Below are positions 37,720 to 48,299 of a DNA stretch of 64,000 nucleotides, one piece after another. Below the pieces are notes generated by a model. The model had not been told where the DNA came from and ran no database searches. It worked only from the letters and a program-made list of their open reading frames with translations. The DNA is from Pseudomonadota bacterium (GTDB lineage: Bacteria; Cyanobacteriota; Vampirovibrionia; Obscuribacterales; Obscuribacteraceae): the NCBI GenBank assembly GCA_021325555.1, contig JAJPGY010000041.1, positions 3,317 through 67,316 of the forward strand, read 5' to 3'. Positions within the stretch are counted from its first letter, which is position 1, and every line of letters begins with the position of its first letter. Both the position numbers and the translations under genes were made by a program.

Positions 37720-38058
37720 TTAGAAACCCATCCCGGGCGGCAGGTTCAACCCTCTGGTGATCGAGCCGGTCCGATCGGCGATCAGCTGCTGGGCCTTTTG
37801 CGAGGCATCCTTGACCGCTGCCAGAACCAGGTCCTCCAGCGTCTCCACGTCGCCGGGATCCACGGCCTCCGGGCTGATCTTGACCGCCGTGAACTCGGCC
37901 TGTCCGTTGCAGGTTACCTTTACCACGCCGCCGCCCGCCGTCCCCTCGACGGTGACCGTCTTTAGCTCTTCTTGCATCTTCGCCATGTCCTGCTGCATCT
38001 TCTGCAGGGACTTCTGGGCCTCGCGCATCATCTTGCTGAAATCTTGCTGCATGGGCAT
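37720..38058 (-). CDS. ybaB: Nucleoid-associated protein YbaB/EbfC
   Basis: MPMQQDFSKMMREAQKSLQKMQQDMAKMQEEL...VEGTAGGGVVKVTCNG...PPGMGF. Immediately upstream of recR. Start at 38058 or 38052. Confidence 0.9.
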   Translation of the reverse strand: MPMQQDFSKMMREAQKSLQKMQQDMAKMQEELKTVTVEGTAGGGVVKVTCNGQAEFTAVKISPEAVDPGDVETLEDLVLAAVKDASQKAQQLIADRTGSITRGLNLPPGMGF

Positions 38059-38429
38059 CTCCTGGCTTGTTGTCCGGCCAAGCATTATGACATAGCGCGC
38101 TTCCTTGTTCACCGGTCTGACCGCGAAGGAGCCTGCCGGCGGAAGGCGAGCCCACAGCCGGCGTAAAACTTTCTTAAAGGATTACAAGCGCCGGAGGCGA
38201 TCCCCCCCGGCGCTGCTTATACTTTTCTCGTCTCCGTTCTTCACGGACGCCCGCCCCTCCGGTTATCAGCGTCTCCGAACATGCAAGACTTCGACACGAC
38301 ACCGGGAGAAGCTCAACAACACGCGGATGAGCGAGAGCTGCTTCGCCGGAGAATCTTCGACTTTCTGGTTTATCTGCTCAGGCGAGTCATTCTGTTCATC
38401 TCTTTCGGTACAGGAGTGCTCGGGTTTCT

Positions 38430-39308
38430 GTGGTTACTTGGACGAATCTTCAAGAGGCGCTGAAGCCCGGGGATCCCCTCAAGGCTTTTGCCCGGCGCCA
38501 CCCGTCCTTTTACAGCCGCTATGCCGGCCAGGAAGACGATTTCGGCTTCAAATTGAGCACCTTCGCCCTGTGGGAGCCGCTTTTCCGCTTTTGCTACGAG
38601 GACTACTTCAAGGTCCGCACCGAGGGCATCGAGAACATCCTCGGCGAAGGGCCGGCGATCGTGTGCGGCAATCATTCCGGCCTGATACCGATCGACGGCG
38701 CCATGCTGGCCATGGCCATGTGCAGCCACCACCCGTCGCCGCGGCGGGTTCGCTTTCTGGCCACCGACTGGTTCTTCGGCCTGCCGGGGCTGGGCGACTG
38801 GATCGTTGAGACCGGACAGGTGCGGGCCACGCAGGAGAACGCCAGGATCCTCCTGTCCCGCGGCGAGCTGGTGGGCGTCTATCCTGAGGGATTGCGCGGG
38901 GTCGGCAAAACATTCCGGGAGCGCTACCGCGTCCTGGACTTCCACCCGGGATTCGTGCAGCTTTCCATAGCCACTGGAGCGCCGCTCATTCCTATCGCCA
39001 CCGTCGGTGGTGATGAGATATACCCCAACCTGCTCAACCTCAAGGGTCTGGCCCGGTTCATGAGGATGCCCTTCTGGGCTGTAACCCCCACCTTCCCCTG
39101 GCTGCCCTTCCCGCTCATGTTCATCCCCCTGCCCGTGAAGTGGATGATCAACATTCACAAGCCGATCGACCTCGGCTATCCGCCGGAGAAGGCCGGCGAC
39201 CGCAAGCTGGTGCTGCGCATCGCCAGGGAGATTCAGTACGACATACAGCGCGACATCAACAGGCTGCTGCGCGAGCGCAGATCCGTGTTTACCGGGTGGG
39301 ACGGTTGA
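38430..39308 (+). CDS. Lysophospholipid/glycerolipid acyltransferase family protein (LPLAT, PlsC-like)
   Basis: 292 aa with a GTG start. Catalytic block CGNHSGLIPIDGAM (His and Asp present) and the VGVYPEG block. Confidence 0.75.
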   Translation: MVTWTNLQEALKPGDPLKAFARRHPSFYSRYAGQEDDFGFKLSTFALWEPLFRFCYEDYFKVRTEGIENILGEGPAIVCGNHSGLIPIDGAMLAMAMCSHHPSPRRVRFLATDWFFGLPGLGDWIVETGQVRATQENARILLSRGELVGVYPEGLRGVGKTFRERYRVLDFHPGFVQLSIATGAPLIPIATVGGDEIYPNLLNLKGLARFMRMPFWAVTPTFPWLPFPLMFIPLPVKWMINIHKPIDLGYPPEKAGDRKLVLRIAREIQYDIQRDINRLLRERRSVFTGWDG

Positions 39309-39310
39309 CG

Positions 39311-40129
39311 GTGAAGACGTTTGCCAGGGCGTACAGGAATTACATCCGCTCCGCCACCGCCGGCGGTGAGCAGTTCGGCTTCGATCTCGAGCTTGTCGCC
39401 CGGATCGAGCCATTGCTCTCGCTCCTATACCGGCAGTGGTGGAAGGTCGCTCTCAGCGGCTTCGAGCATCTGCCCGCCGCCGGGCCCGCCCTTATCGCCG
39501 GCAACTCGGGGGGAACCATCCCCTGGCCGGCCTTCATGCTCATGTACGCCCTCATGTCCTCGCGCTCCAAGCCGCGCCGGCTGAGCGTGCTGGCAGACCT
39601 GGATTGGGTGGCGGACAGGAAGCTCCGCCAGGCCCTTGCCGGCGTCGGCTTCGTTGCCCGCACGGCCGAGAACGCCAGGCGCCTCTTTGCCGCCGGTGAG
39701 GTGGTGGCGATCTTCCCGGAAGGAGCCGCGGCGGCCAGCAAGCCGTTTGCCGAGCGCTATCGCCTGCGCCCCTTTGACTGGACCCTATTTCTGCCGGCAA
39801 TCGAGGAGGACGTTCCAATCTACCCGCTTGCCACCCTTGGTTGCGACGAGGCGGTGCCCGTGTTCGCCAACCTGGAAGGCCTGGCCAGATTTCTCCGTCT
39901 GCCTGCCTACCCGGTCACGCCCTTTTTCCCCTGGATGCCTTTCCCGACCAACCTGATGAGCCTGCCGGTGGCATGGAGGATGCATCTTCTCCGGCCGGCG
40001 AGCCGCCCTGCCGACCAGGACCGGCACGGGCTCGACGAGGTGGCGCAGCGCCAGGCCGGCTTTGTCGAAGGGGAGATCCAGGCAGAGCTCAACCGCATGC
40101 TGCGCTGGCGCTGGAAGTCTCAGGGCTAG
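39311..40129 (+). CDS. LPLAT-like paralog lacking the catalytic His and Asp (probable pseudoenzyme)
   Basis: In-frame GTG at 39311 (or TTG at 39305), just after the stop of the upstream paralog. The homologous block reads AGNSGGTIPWPAFM, against GNHSGLIPIDGAM in the neighbour. The FPEG block is retained (VAIFPEGAAAAS). Confidence 0.65.
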   Translation: MKTFARAYRNYIRSATAGGEQFGFDLELVARIEPLLSLLYRQWWKVALSGFEHLPAAGPALIAGNSGGTIPWPAFMLMYALMSSRSKPRRLSVLADLDWVADRKLRQALAGVGFVARTAENARRLFAAGEVVAIFPEGAAAASKPFAERYRLRPFDWTLFLPAIEEDVPIYPLATLGCDEAVPVFANLEGLARFLRLPAYPVTPFFPWMPFPTNLMSLPVAWRMHLLRPASRPADQDRHGLDEVAQRQAGFVEGEIQAELNRMLRWRWKSQG

Positions 40130-40134
40130 GCCCC

Positions 40135-40806
40135 TCACTCGCCGGTTCCATACATGAGCGGGAACGGGGAGAGCGAGGGGAACTGCCGGACGTCGTCAAC
40201 CTCATCGGCGGTGCAGATGCGCCGCAGGGTCTTCCTCGCCCTGGCGGCCACGAAGGGGTTGTCGTCGTCGCACAGCACCTGCAGGATGGCGAGCGGCAGA
40301 TGGTAGCTCTCCGCCAGCCGGAAACGAACGTCGACGCACTCGTCATTGGCCAGCATGCAGACCGCCTCAATGGGCGTGCGGGAGTTCTCGGCCACGGCCG
40401 CCCGCACCGCCTCCGACGGGTGGAAGGCCAGCCGGGCCAGCGTCACCGGGCTGGCGCCGGGGTTCTCGGCAATGCGCTCCAGATGAGCGGGGTCGCCGGC
40501 GTCAACCAGCCCCTCCAGCACCGGCGCCGGGGTATGGGGGTTCACGGCCATGAGCCAGCGAATCCTCTTTGCCTTCTCCGCCAGGGCACGGCAGCGCTCA
40601 CCGGGCGGCAAGCCAGCCTTGTCCTCGGCGGGCGTTTCTTCCAGGTGCTCCCGCAGCAATTCCTGGATGGCGGCGGTGATGTGCCGATCCGGACAGTTGA
40701 CGTCGACATAGTAGGCAAGTGGAAATGGAGCCGCGCGCACGTCTTCTGAATTGATGGTGCGCGCGAGCGAGGGGGGCTCATCATCCCGTGGCAGATCTGG
40801 GTCCAT
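40135..40806 (-). CDS. Leucine-rich-repeat-variant / HEAT-like repeat protein (hypothetical)
   Basis: 223 aa. Repeated ~23-aa helical units (NPHTPAPVLEGLVDAGD / NPGASPVTLARLAFHPSEAVRAAVAENSRTPIEAVCMLAND...). Confidence 0.5.
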   Translation of the reverse strand: MDPDLPRDDEPPSLARTINSEDVRAAPFPLAYYVDVNCPDRHITAAIQELLREHLEETPAEDKAGLPPGERCRALAEKAKRIRWLMAVNPHTPAPVLEGLVDAGDPAHLERIAENPGASPVTLARLAFHPSEAVRAAVAENSRTPIEAVCMLANDECVDVRFRLAESYHLPLAILQVLCDDDNPFVAARARKTLRRICTADEVDDVRQFPSLSPFPLMYGTGE

Positions 40807-40973
40807 TCGTGATCCTGCGCTAGAGCAGCCCGCCGGGTGAGCGTGATTCCATTATGATCGCGCGTCTTGACTTCCGGATCCAGGGTTGGCTATAAATTTG
40901 TACGGGAAACCTCATAATTAGCCGCCTGGTGGACGGCCGGGTGAGTCCGCCGTGACGACCCGGTCAGACATGG

Positions 40974-41702
40974 CTATCCCTTGCTGTCCGGCCCGCCGAT
41001 GTAGTGCCGGATCATCTCCTGCCAGTACGGCCAGTCGTGCGCCCAGCCGTCCCAGACCCGGAAGGCGTGCCAGACTCCCCGGTTCCACAGCGACCTGGAG
41101 AAAGTCTCGTTGCCAACGAAGGCCGGGTCGTCCCTGCCGATGGCGATAATCATGTCCAGGCGCCGGATTGCTTCAAGCTGCTTTTCATCGTTGATCCCGC
41201 CTATGTACTGGCAGGGGTTGCCCTGCAAGACCAGCTCGTCGTCGTAGCCGCCGGTCCAGGGGCGAATGTCGTAGATGCCGCTCATCGCCACCACGCGATT
41301 GAACGACTCGGGGAAGCGCAGGGCGATGCTCACGGAGTGGTAGGCGCCGAAGCTGGCCCCGACGGCCATGACGAAGGGGTTATCGTTCTTCGAGCGGCTG
41401 AAGGGCAGGACCTCCTTGATGATGTAGTCCTGGTATTGCAGATGCCGCTGCGCCCGCTGCCGGCCCTGGGCGCCGGCGTTGTCCCAGCTCTCCTGGTCGA
41501 CGCTGTCGACGCAAAAAAGCTGCAGCCAGCCCTCATTGAGATGCCTGGTGAGGCTGCTCACCATCTGCCTGTCCTCCCAGTCCCAGAAGCGCCCGGACTG
41601 GGTCGGAAAAACAATCACCCGGGCGCCGGCGTGCCCGAATACCAGCAGCTCCATGTCGCGATTGAGGTTGTCGCTCCGCCACTTGTGATATTCTCGCAGC
41701 AC
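40974..41702 (-). CDS. Esterase family protein (alpha/beta hydrolase, esterase-D / putative-esterase type)
   Basis: 242 aa. MELLVFGHAGARVIVFPTQSGRFWDWEDRQMV... and MAVGASFGAYHS (nucleophile-elbow-like GxSxG). Confidence 0.65.
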   Translation of the reverse strand: MLREYHKWRSDNLNRDMELLVFGHAGARVIVFPTQSGRFWDWEDRQMVSSLTRHLNEGWLQLFCVDSVDQESWDNAGAQGRQRAQRHLQYQDYIIKEVLPFSRSKNDNPFVMAVGASFGAYHSVSIALRFPESFNRVVAMSGIYDIRPWTGGYDDELVLQGNPCQYIGGINDEKQLEAIRRLDMIIAIGRDDPAFVGNETFSRSLWNRGVWHAFRVWDGWAHDWPYWQEMIRHYIGGPDSKG

Positions 41703-41755
41703 CTTGATCCCACCCCCGGCCGGTCAACTCGCAGGACGCCAGATTGTAACACGCC

Positions 41756-42922
41756 ATGAACACGGTCTTTCTCTCGCCGCATTTTCCGCCGAACTTCCGC
41801 AATTTCTGCATTCAGCTCCGGCAAGCCGGTGCCAACGTGCTCGGGCTTGCCGACGAGGGCTACGAGTCTTTAAATCCGGAGCTGCGCGCCAGCCTGACCG
41901 ACTATTACCGGGTCTGGGACATGCACAACTATGACGAGCTGGTAAGGGCTCTGGGCTTTCTCACCCACCGCCACGGCAAGCTGGACCGGATCGACTCCCA
42001 CAACGAGTACTGGCTGGAGACCGAAGCACGGTTGCGAACGGACTTCAATATCGCAGGCATCAAGCTGGACGAGGTCCACAGGATAAAGCGCAAGTCCGAA
42101 ATGAAGAAGGTGTTTCTGCAGGCCGGTCTCAAGCCGGCCCGCGGCCGGGTATGCCATACGGAAGACGAGCTGCGCGGTCTGATCGACGAGCTGGGGCTGC
42201 CGGTGGTGGCGAAACCGGATGTCGGCGTGGGGGCGGCCAGAACCTATAAGCTGGAGAGCGAAGAGGATGTGAAGAACTACCTCGTCGACAAGCCGCCGGT
42301 CGATTACATCGTCGAGGAGTTCATCGGCGCCCGGATAGTGACTTACGATGGTCTGGCCGGCGCCGACGGCGATCCGGTATTCTCCTCGTCGCTCCGTTAC
42401 AGCAAGGGCGTCATGGAGGCCGTCAACGAGGATTCGGACCTCTATTACTACACGGTGAGGGAAATAGAGCCTCTTCTCGAGGAGGCGGGGCTGCGGACCC
42501 TGCGCGCCTTCGACGTGCGCGAGCGCTTCTTCCACTTCGAGTTCTTCCTTACCGCAAGCGGCGAGGCGCTGCCGCTGGAGGTGAACATCCGCCCGCCGGG
42601 CGGGCTGACCCTGGACATGTTCAATTACATGTTCGATTTCAACTGCTACCGGATCTGGGCGGACATGGTCGTGCACGGGGCGACACCGGAGGTGGGCGAG
42701 CGCCTTTACTTCGTGCTTTATGTCGGGCGCAAGGACCACATCTCCTACCTGCTTTCTCACAACGAGGTGATTGAGCGCTTCCAGCCGCTCATCATCCATC
42801 ACGAGCGGATAAGCGGCGTGTTCGCCCGGGCGATCGGGCACTACGGGTACATCCTGCGCGCGCCCGAGCTGGACGTGCTCATCGAGGCCGCAGGCGAGAT
42901 TCAGAAGAGCAGCACGTTCTGA
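41756..42922 (+). CDS. ATP-grasp domain protein of unknown substrate
   Basis: 388 aa. Pre-ATP-grasp N-domain (MNTVFLSPHFPPNF...), then KSEMKKVFLQAGLKPARG...LPVVAKPDVGVGA...VEEFI. Divergent from the esterase across a 53-nt intergenic region. Confidence 0.65.
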   Translation: MNTVFLSPHFPPNFRNFCIQLRQAGANVLGLADEGYESLNPELRASLTDYYRVWDMHNYDELVRALGFLTHRHGKLDRIDSHNEYWLETEARLRTDFNIAGIKLDEVHRIKRKSEMKKVFLQAGLKPARGRVCHTEDELRGLIDELGLPVVAKPDVGVGAARTYKLESEEDVKNYLVDKPPVDYIVEEFIGARIVTYDGLAGADGDPVFSSSLRYSKGVMEAVNEDSDLYYYTVREIEPLLEEAGLRTLRAFDVRERFFHFEFFLTASGEALPLEVNIRPPGGLTLDMFNYMFDFNCYRIWADMVVHGATPEVGERLYFVLYVGRKDHISYLLSHNEVIERFQPLIIHHERISGVFARAIGHYGYILRAPELDVLIEAAGEIQKSSTF

Positions 42923-42928
42923 GCCGGC

Positions 42929-43786
42929 CTATGTCGACGGTCGGGCGGGCTCGAGCTGCCCGTCGGCGGGCAGCTTCCACGAAAATCGCTCCTCCTCTTC
43001 CTGCAGTATGGCCAGCGCCTGCTGAACATCGAAGAAGTTCGCCGAGCAGTCGCCGACGGAGCAGAAGCCGGGCAGGTTGTTGAACAGCTCGCCGGCCAGC
43101 TCGCGGTTGCGCCTGCTGCGCGGCGTTCCCGAGAAAATGGTGTCGGGGTGGCACCACGGCAGGGCGGTCCCGTCCACCCAGAGCCCGAAGGCGGCGCCGA
43201 AGAAGGTGATGTGCAGCTCGACGCCCTCCCGCCAGCAGAGTTCGGCAATCTTTCGCATGCCCGCCACGCTGCCTGCAGGCGTCGCCAGAAGAATCCGGCG
43301 TGGCTTCTCGGCGTTCTTGAAAAGCGCATCCAGCCCCTTGACCAGGGTGGCTCCCGTACCCACCGTGTCGAGCATGCACCACGTGGGCGCGGGGGAATGC
43401 ATGCGCATGTACGTCACCCGCGCGTCGAACGGCGTGTAGGGATCGGCCTCTTTCTTATCCAGGGCGAAGCGGCTCACACCCACCCAGTTGTCGCCGCGAT
43501 GAGTCTTCGAGTCGAGCACCGTGGCCAGTGCCCCCGGCAGATTGTGGCCTATGCCCTCGGCAAGCACCGTGACGGTGCATACCTGCATCGGATCATCCGG
43601 AAGCAGCTTCTTTTCCTTGAGCGCCCGCATCCAGGTGACGGTCGAAGCGAAGGCAACCTGCTGCCGGGCCAGGCCCAGGAGCCGGCGCCCCGGCAGCAGC
43701 AAAAGCCGATCGATGCTGTCCGATTCCAGTATCCAGGTCTGCGGCAACCCCGCCACCGCCACTGCGCTTACATCCATCTCTTCCAT
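42929..43786 (-). CDS. Uracil-phosphoribosyltransferase-like (PRT-fold) protein, function unknown
   Basis: 285 aa. The order VLAEGIG ... VGVSRF ... CMLDTVGTGATLVKGL ... ILLATPAGSVAG parallels UPRTase (ILRAG ... DPMLATGGS ... aaPeGi), but the motifs are diverged. Confidence 0.4.
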   Translation of the reverse strand: MEEMDVSAVAVAGLPQTWILESDSIDRLLLLPGRRLLGLARQQVAFASTVTWMRALKEKKLLPDDPMQVCTVTVLAEGIGHNLPGALATVLDSKTHRGDNWVGVSRFALDKKEADPYTPFDARVTYMRMHSPAPTWCMLDTVGTGATLVKGLDALFKNAEKPRRILLATPAGSVAGMRKIAELCWREGVELHITFFGAAFGLWVDGTALPWCHPDTIFSGTPRSRRNRELAGELFNNLPGFCSVGDCSANFFDVQQALAILQEEEERFSWKLPADGQLEPARPST

Positions 43787-43889
43787 CAGCTCGAACTCCC
43801 AACCGGCACAGGAGCTGATGGTATCACGAATGCATGCCGCGGCAGGGCACCGCAGTCCCGAACAATTTAAGCGGCTCTCACAGAGCCGC

Positions 43890-44180
43890 TTAACCGCCGA
43901 AGATGAAGCGGTACACGGTTGGTATCAAGCCGTGGTGGTACGTATGCACAACCACCGGTCTTGAAACTACTCGCTCCACCACGACCGGGTGCTCTACCAC
44001 CACCGGTCGTGACACAACCCGTTCGTAGCAGGTTCTGCGGATCGTTACCGGCCTTTCCACCACAACCGTGCGTGTATAGGTCCGATAAATCGTACGAGAG
44101 TCGGCCTTCAAGCTCAGCGAGGCGGCGGCCAGAGCCACAATGAGAGCGGCCAGGAAGATTCTCGGTGCATTGCTTCTCAT
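43890..44180 (-). CDS. Small secreted protein with ERxV(S)RPVVVE repeats
   Basis: 96 aa. Signal-like MRSNAPRIFLAALIVALAAASLSLKA, then VVVERPVTIRR...ERVVSRPVVVEHPVVVERVVSRPVVVHTYHH. Confidence 0.45.
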   Translation of the reverse strand: MRSNAPRIFLAALIVALAAASLSLKADSRTIYRTYTRTVVVERPVTIRRTCYERVVSRPVVVEHPVVVERVVSRPVVVHTYHHGLIPTVYRFIFGG

Positions 44181-44338
44181 ACAATTCGTCTCCTTCGATA
44201 GACGAACCCGTCCATCGTCTTGGCCGAATCAGACGCCATGCCTGTTTTCAATGTTCCAATCCGCATCCGACGCTGTGAAGTCTGTGAACCGGAAAGACCC
44301 TTTCCCGCTCGTCAGCCGGCAGAGGTAGAGCAGGAGTT

Positions 44339-45559
44339 GTGCTACAGTTGACGGTCGACCGTTTCCTTCAGAGACCGTTGGGAGAACCAGTGAAACTGCC
44401 GCGCAACGTCTGGATCCTCGGTCTGGCCGCCCTGCTCACCGACAGCAGTTCCGAGATGATTCACTCGGTGCTGCCCCTGTTTCTGGTTTCCGTGCTGGGA
44501 GCCGGCATGGTAACGGTGGGGATCATCGAGGGAACCGCCGAATCGATCGCCTCGGTAATGAAGGTGTTCTCCGGCGCCCTCAGCGATTATCTGGGGCGGC
44601 GCAAGGCGCTGGTGGTGGCCGGCTATGGGCTGTCCACGCTGGCGAAGCCTCTGTTTGCCCTGGCGCAAAGCTCGCTGTGGGTGCTGGCGGCACGCACCGG
44701 CGACCGGATCGGCAAGGGGATCCGGGGCGCGCCGAGAGACGCTTTGATAGCCGACAGCGTGCCGCCCGAGCGCGCCGGCGCCGCCTTTGGATTCAGGCAG
44801 TCGCTGGACACGGCAGGCGCCGTCCTCGGACCGGCGGCGGCCTGCGCGCTGGTTTTCCTTCTTCACCGGGATCTGCGCACCGTCTTCTGGGTTGCCCTGG
44901 CACCGGCAGCGGTGGCAGTGCTGCTTCTGGCGGCCGGGCTGCAAGAGAAGAGGAGCCGGCGCACAGGCGCCGTTCGCAATCCGCTGGAGTGGGAAGCGCT
45001 GGCCAGGCTGGGCGGGGGATACTGGGCACTGGTCGCAGCCGCTCTCGTTTTCAATCTCGGCAACTCGAGCGACGCCTTTCTGCTTCTGAGGGCCAGGCAG
45101 CTGGGAATGGAGGCCGGTCTGGTGCCGGCGACCCTGGTGGCGATGAACGCGGCGTACGCGCTGACCGCCTTTCCGCTCGGGCACCTGTCGGACAGGATCG
45201 GGCGGTCCGGCTTGCTTGTCGGCAGCTTTGCCCTCTATGCGCTCATCTACCTCGGTTTTGCCCTGGCTCAGGCACCCTGGCAGGTCTGGCTCCTCTTTTC
45301 CGCGTACGGCCTGCACCTGGGGATGTCCCAGGGGGTGCTGGCGGCACTCGTCTCGGACAGGGTGCAACGAGATCAGCGGGGCACCGCCTTCGGGTTCATC
45401 AACCTGGCCACGGGAATCACTCTCCTGCCCGCGAGTTTGCTGGCTGGATTCCTCTGGACCCGGGTTTCACCGTCGGCCCCGTTTTTTGCCGGCTCCCTGT
45501 TCGCGCTGGCCGGGACGGTCATCTTGCTGTTCGCCCTGCGGTCCCGGCAAGCGCCTTAG
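44339..45559 (+). CDS. MFS transporter
   Basis: 406 aa with about 12 hydrophobic segments. NVWILGLAALLTDSSSEMIHSVLPLFL and GDRIGKGIRGAPRDALIAD motifs. The true start may be the in-frame GTG at 44390 after GGGAGAA. Confidence 0.8.
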   Translation: MLQLTVDRFLQRPLGEPVKLPRNVWILGLAALLTDSSSEMIHSVLPLFLVSVLGAGMVTVGIIEGTAESIASVMKVFSGALSDYLGRRKALVVAGYGLSTLAKPLFALAQSSLWVLAARTGDRIGKGIRGAPRDALIADSVPPERAGAAFGFRQSLDTAGAVLGPAAACALVFLLHRDLRTVFWVALAPAAVAVLLLAAGLQEKRSRRTGAVRNPLEWEALARLGGGYWALVAAALVFNLGNSSDAFLLLRARQLGMEAGLVPATLVAMNAAYALTAFPLGHLSDRIGRSGLLVGSFALYALIYLGFALAQAPWQVWLLFSAYGLHLGMSQGVLAALVSDRVQRDQRGTAFGFINLATGITLLPASLLAGFLWTRVSPSAPFFAGSLFALAGTVILLFALRSRQAP

Positions 45560-45749
45560 GTCGCACCCGCCGGCTGTCGCGCCTGCTCGATCGCAAGGGA
45601 GAGTACCGCACGGTCCACTTTGAGCTCGACCGCCCGGATCAGATCCTGCGTTTGCTCCCGCAGCCCGGCGCCGGCGGAAGCGGCCGTGAGGCTCGGGCGG
45701 GCGACAAGCACTGATGGCGCCGCCTGCAAATCAGGCCTGGCCGGACGCC

Positions 45750-47465
<1,716 letters not shown>

Positions 47466-47537
47466 TCAGCGGCCGGCGCCTGGAAAAATTATCAGTGACC
47501 GGTGAGATTATTCTGCTTGCGAACCAGGAGGTAATGA

Positions 47538-47996
47538 ATGCAGGGTGCCACAGCCGTCGTGCTGCTCATCATTTCCAACATCTTCATGACCTTTGCCTGG
47601 TACGGGCACCTGCGCTTCAGGTTCGCCCCGCTATGGGCTGTCATAGTGGTCAGCTGGCTTATCGCCTTCATGGAATATTGCTTCCAGGTGCCGGCCAACC
47701 GGATAGGCAGCTATCAGTTCTCCGCCGCCCAGCTTAAAATCATTCAGGAGGTGATCACGCTGGTGGTGTTCGGCGTCTTTTCGGTGCTCTATCTGAAGCA
47801 GGAGTTCCGCTGGAACTACCTGGTCGCCTTTGCCTTCATGCTGGGAGCCGTGATCTTCGTCTTCGCCGGCGGCAGCGGCACCCGCGCAGCCGTGGAGCCG
47901 CACCCGGACAGCTTTGCAGCGCCGCACCTGGCGTCGCGAGTCCCGCCCGCGCGGCTTTCTTCCGGCGCGCAGGAACAGGGACGGTCGAAAAACTGA
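47538..47996 (+). CDS. Small DMT-superfamily membrane protein (DUF486-like)
   Basis: MQGATAVVLLIISNIFMTFAWYGHLRF...QLKIIQEVITLVVFGVFSV... About 110 aa are hydrophobic, and the unstructured tail may be read-through. Confidence 0.65.
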   Translation: MQGATAVVLLIISNIFMTFAWYGHLRFRFAPLWAVIVVSWLIAFMEYCFQVPANRIGSYQFSAAQLKIIQEVITLVVFGVFSVLYLKQEFRWNYLVAFAFMLGAVIFVFAGGSGTRAAVEPHPDSFAAPHLASRVPPARLSSGAQEQGRSKN

Positions 47997-48299
47997 CTGA
48001 GCTCCCCAGGACACCGGCGCCCGCGGGCGCCGGTGGTGCGTCTAACGGAAACGGTGATCCGCGCCTCATAGCAACGGGGGATGGCATCGCCCGATGGACG
48101 GTTGCCAGGGTTAGCCCACCGGGGGGAATTATCAGCCGAACCGGCGCATGGAATCGACGACGAGCCCCATGGTTGGCAGGCAAGGGTCTAATATATGAAT
48201 TGAACGGTGCCGCGTCATGCGGTTCAGGGCTTCCCACGCCGCTTTCAAGTAAACTTGTCAGTTCGACATCGATTCCTGTGCGCACAAAAGGAGAGAACC

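Noticed and set aside
24189-38058. Separation of dnaX from ybaB-recR by ~11 kb, read as a sign of an insertion.
   Set aside because: The intervening genes (dxs, two-component system, VIT-vWA) show the same high G+C by eye and no mobility genes. dnaX / ybaB-recR linkage is common but not universal.
38105-38809. 234-aa plus-strand ORF spanning the ybaB-acyltransferase gap.
   Set aside because: It is out of frame with, and overlaps, the acyltransferase gene that carries clear LPLAT motifs. Its translation is Arg/Pro/Gly-rich.
40867-40896. Sigma-70-like promoter on the plus strand (TTGACT-N18-TATAAA) between the LRV gene and the esterase gene.
   Set aside because: No plus-strand gene follows; the next one is 860 nt away, beyond the minus-strand esterase. 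The spacer is 18 nt. It could drive an antisense RNA, but I cannot support that from sequence alone.
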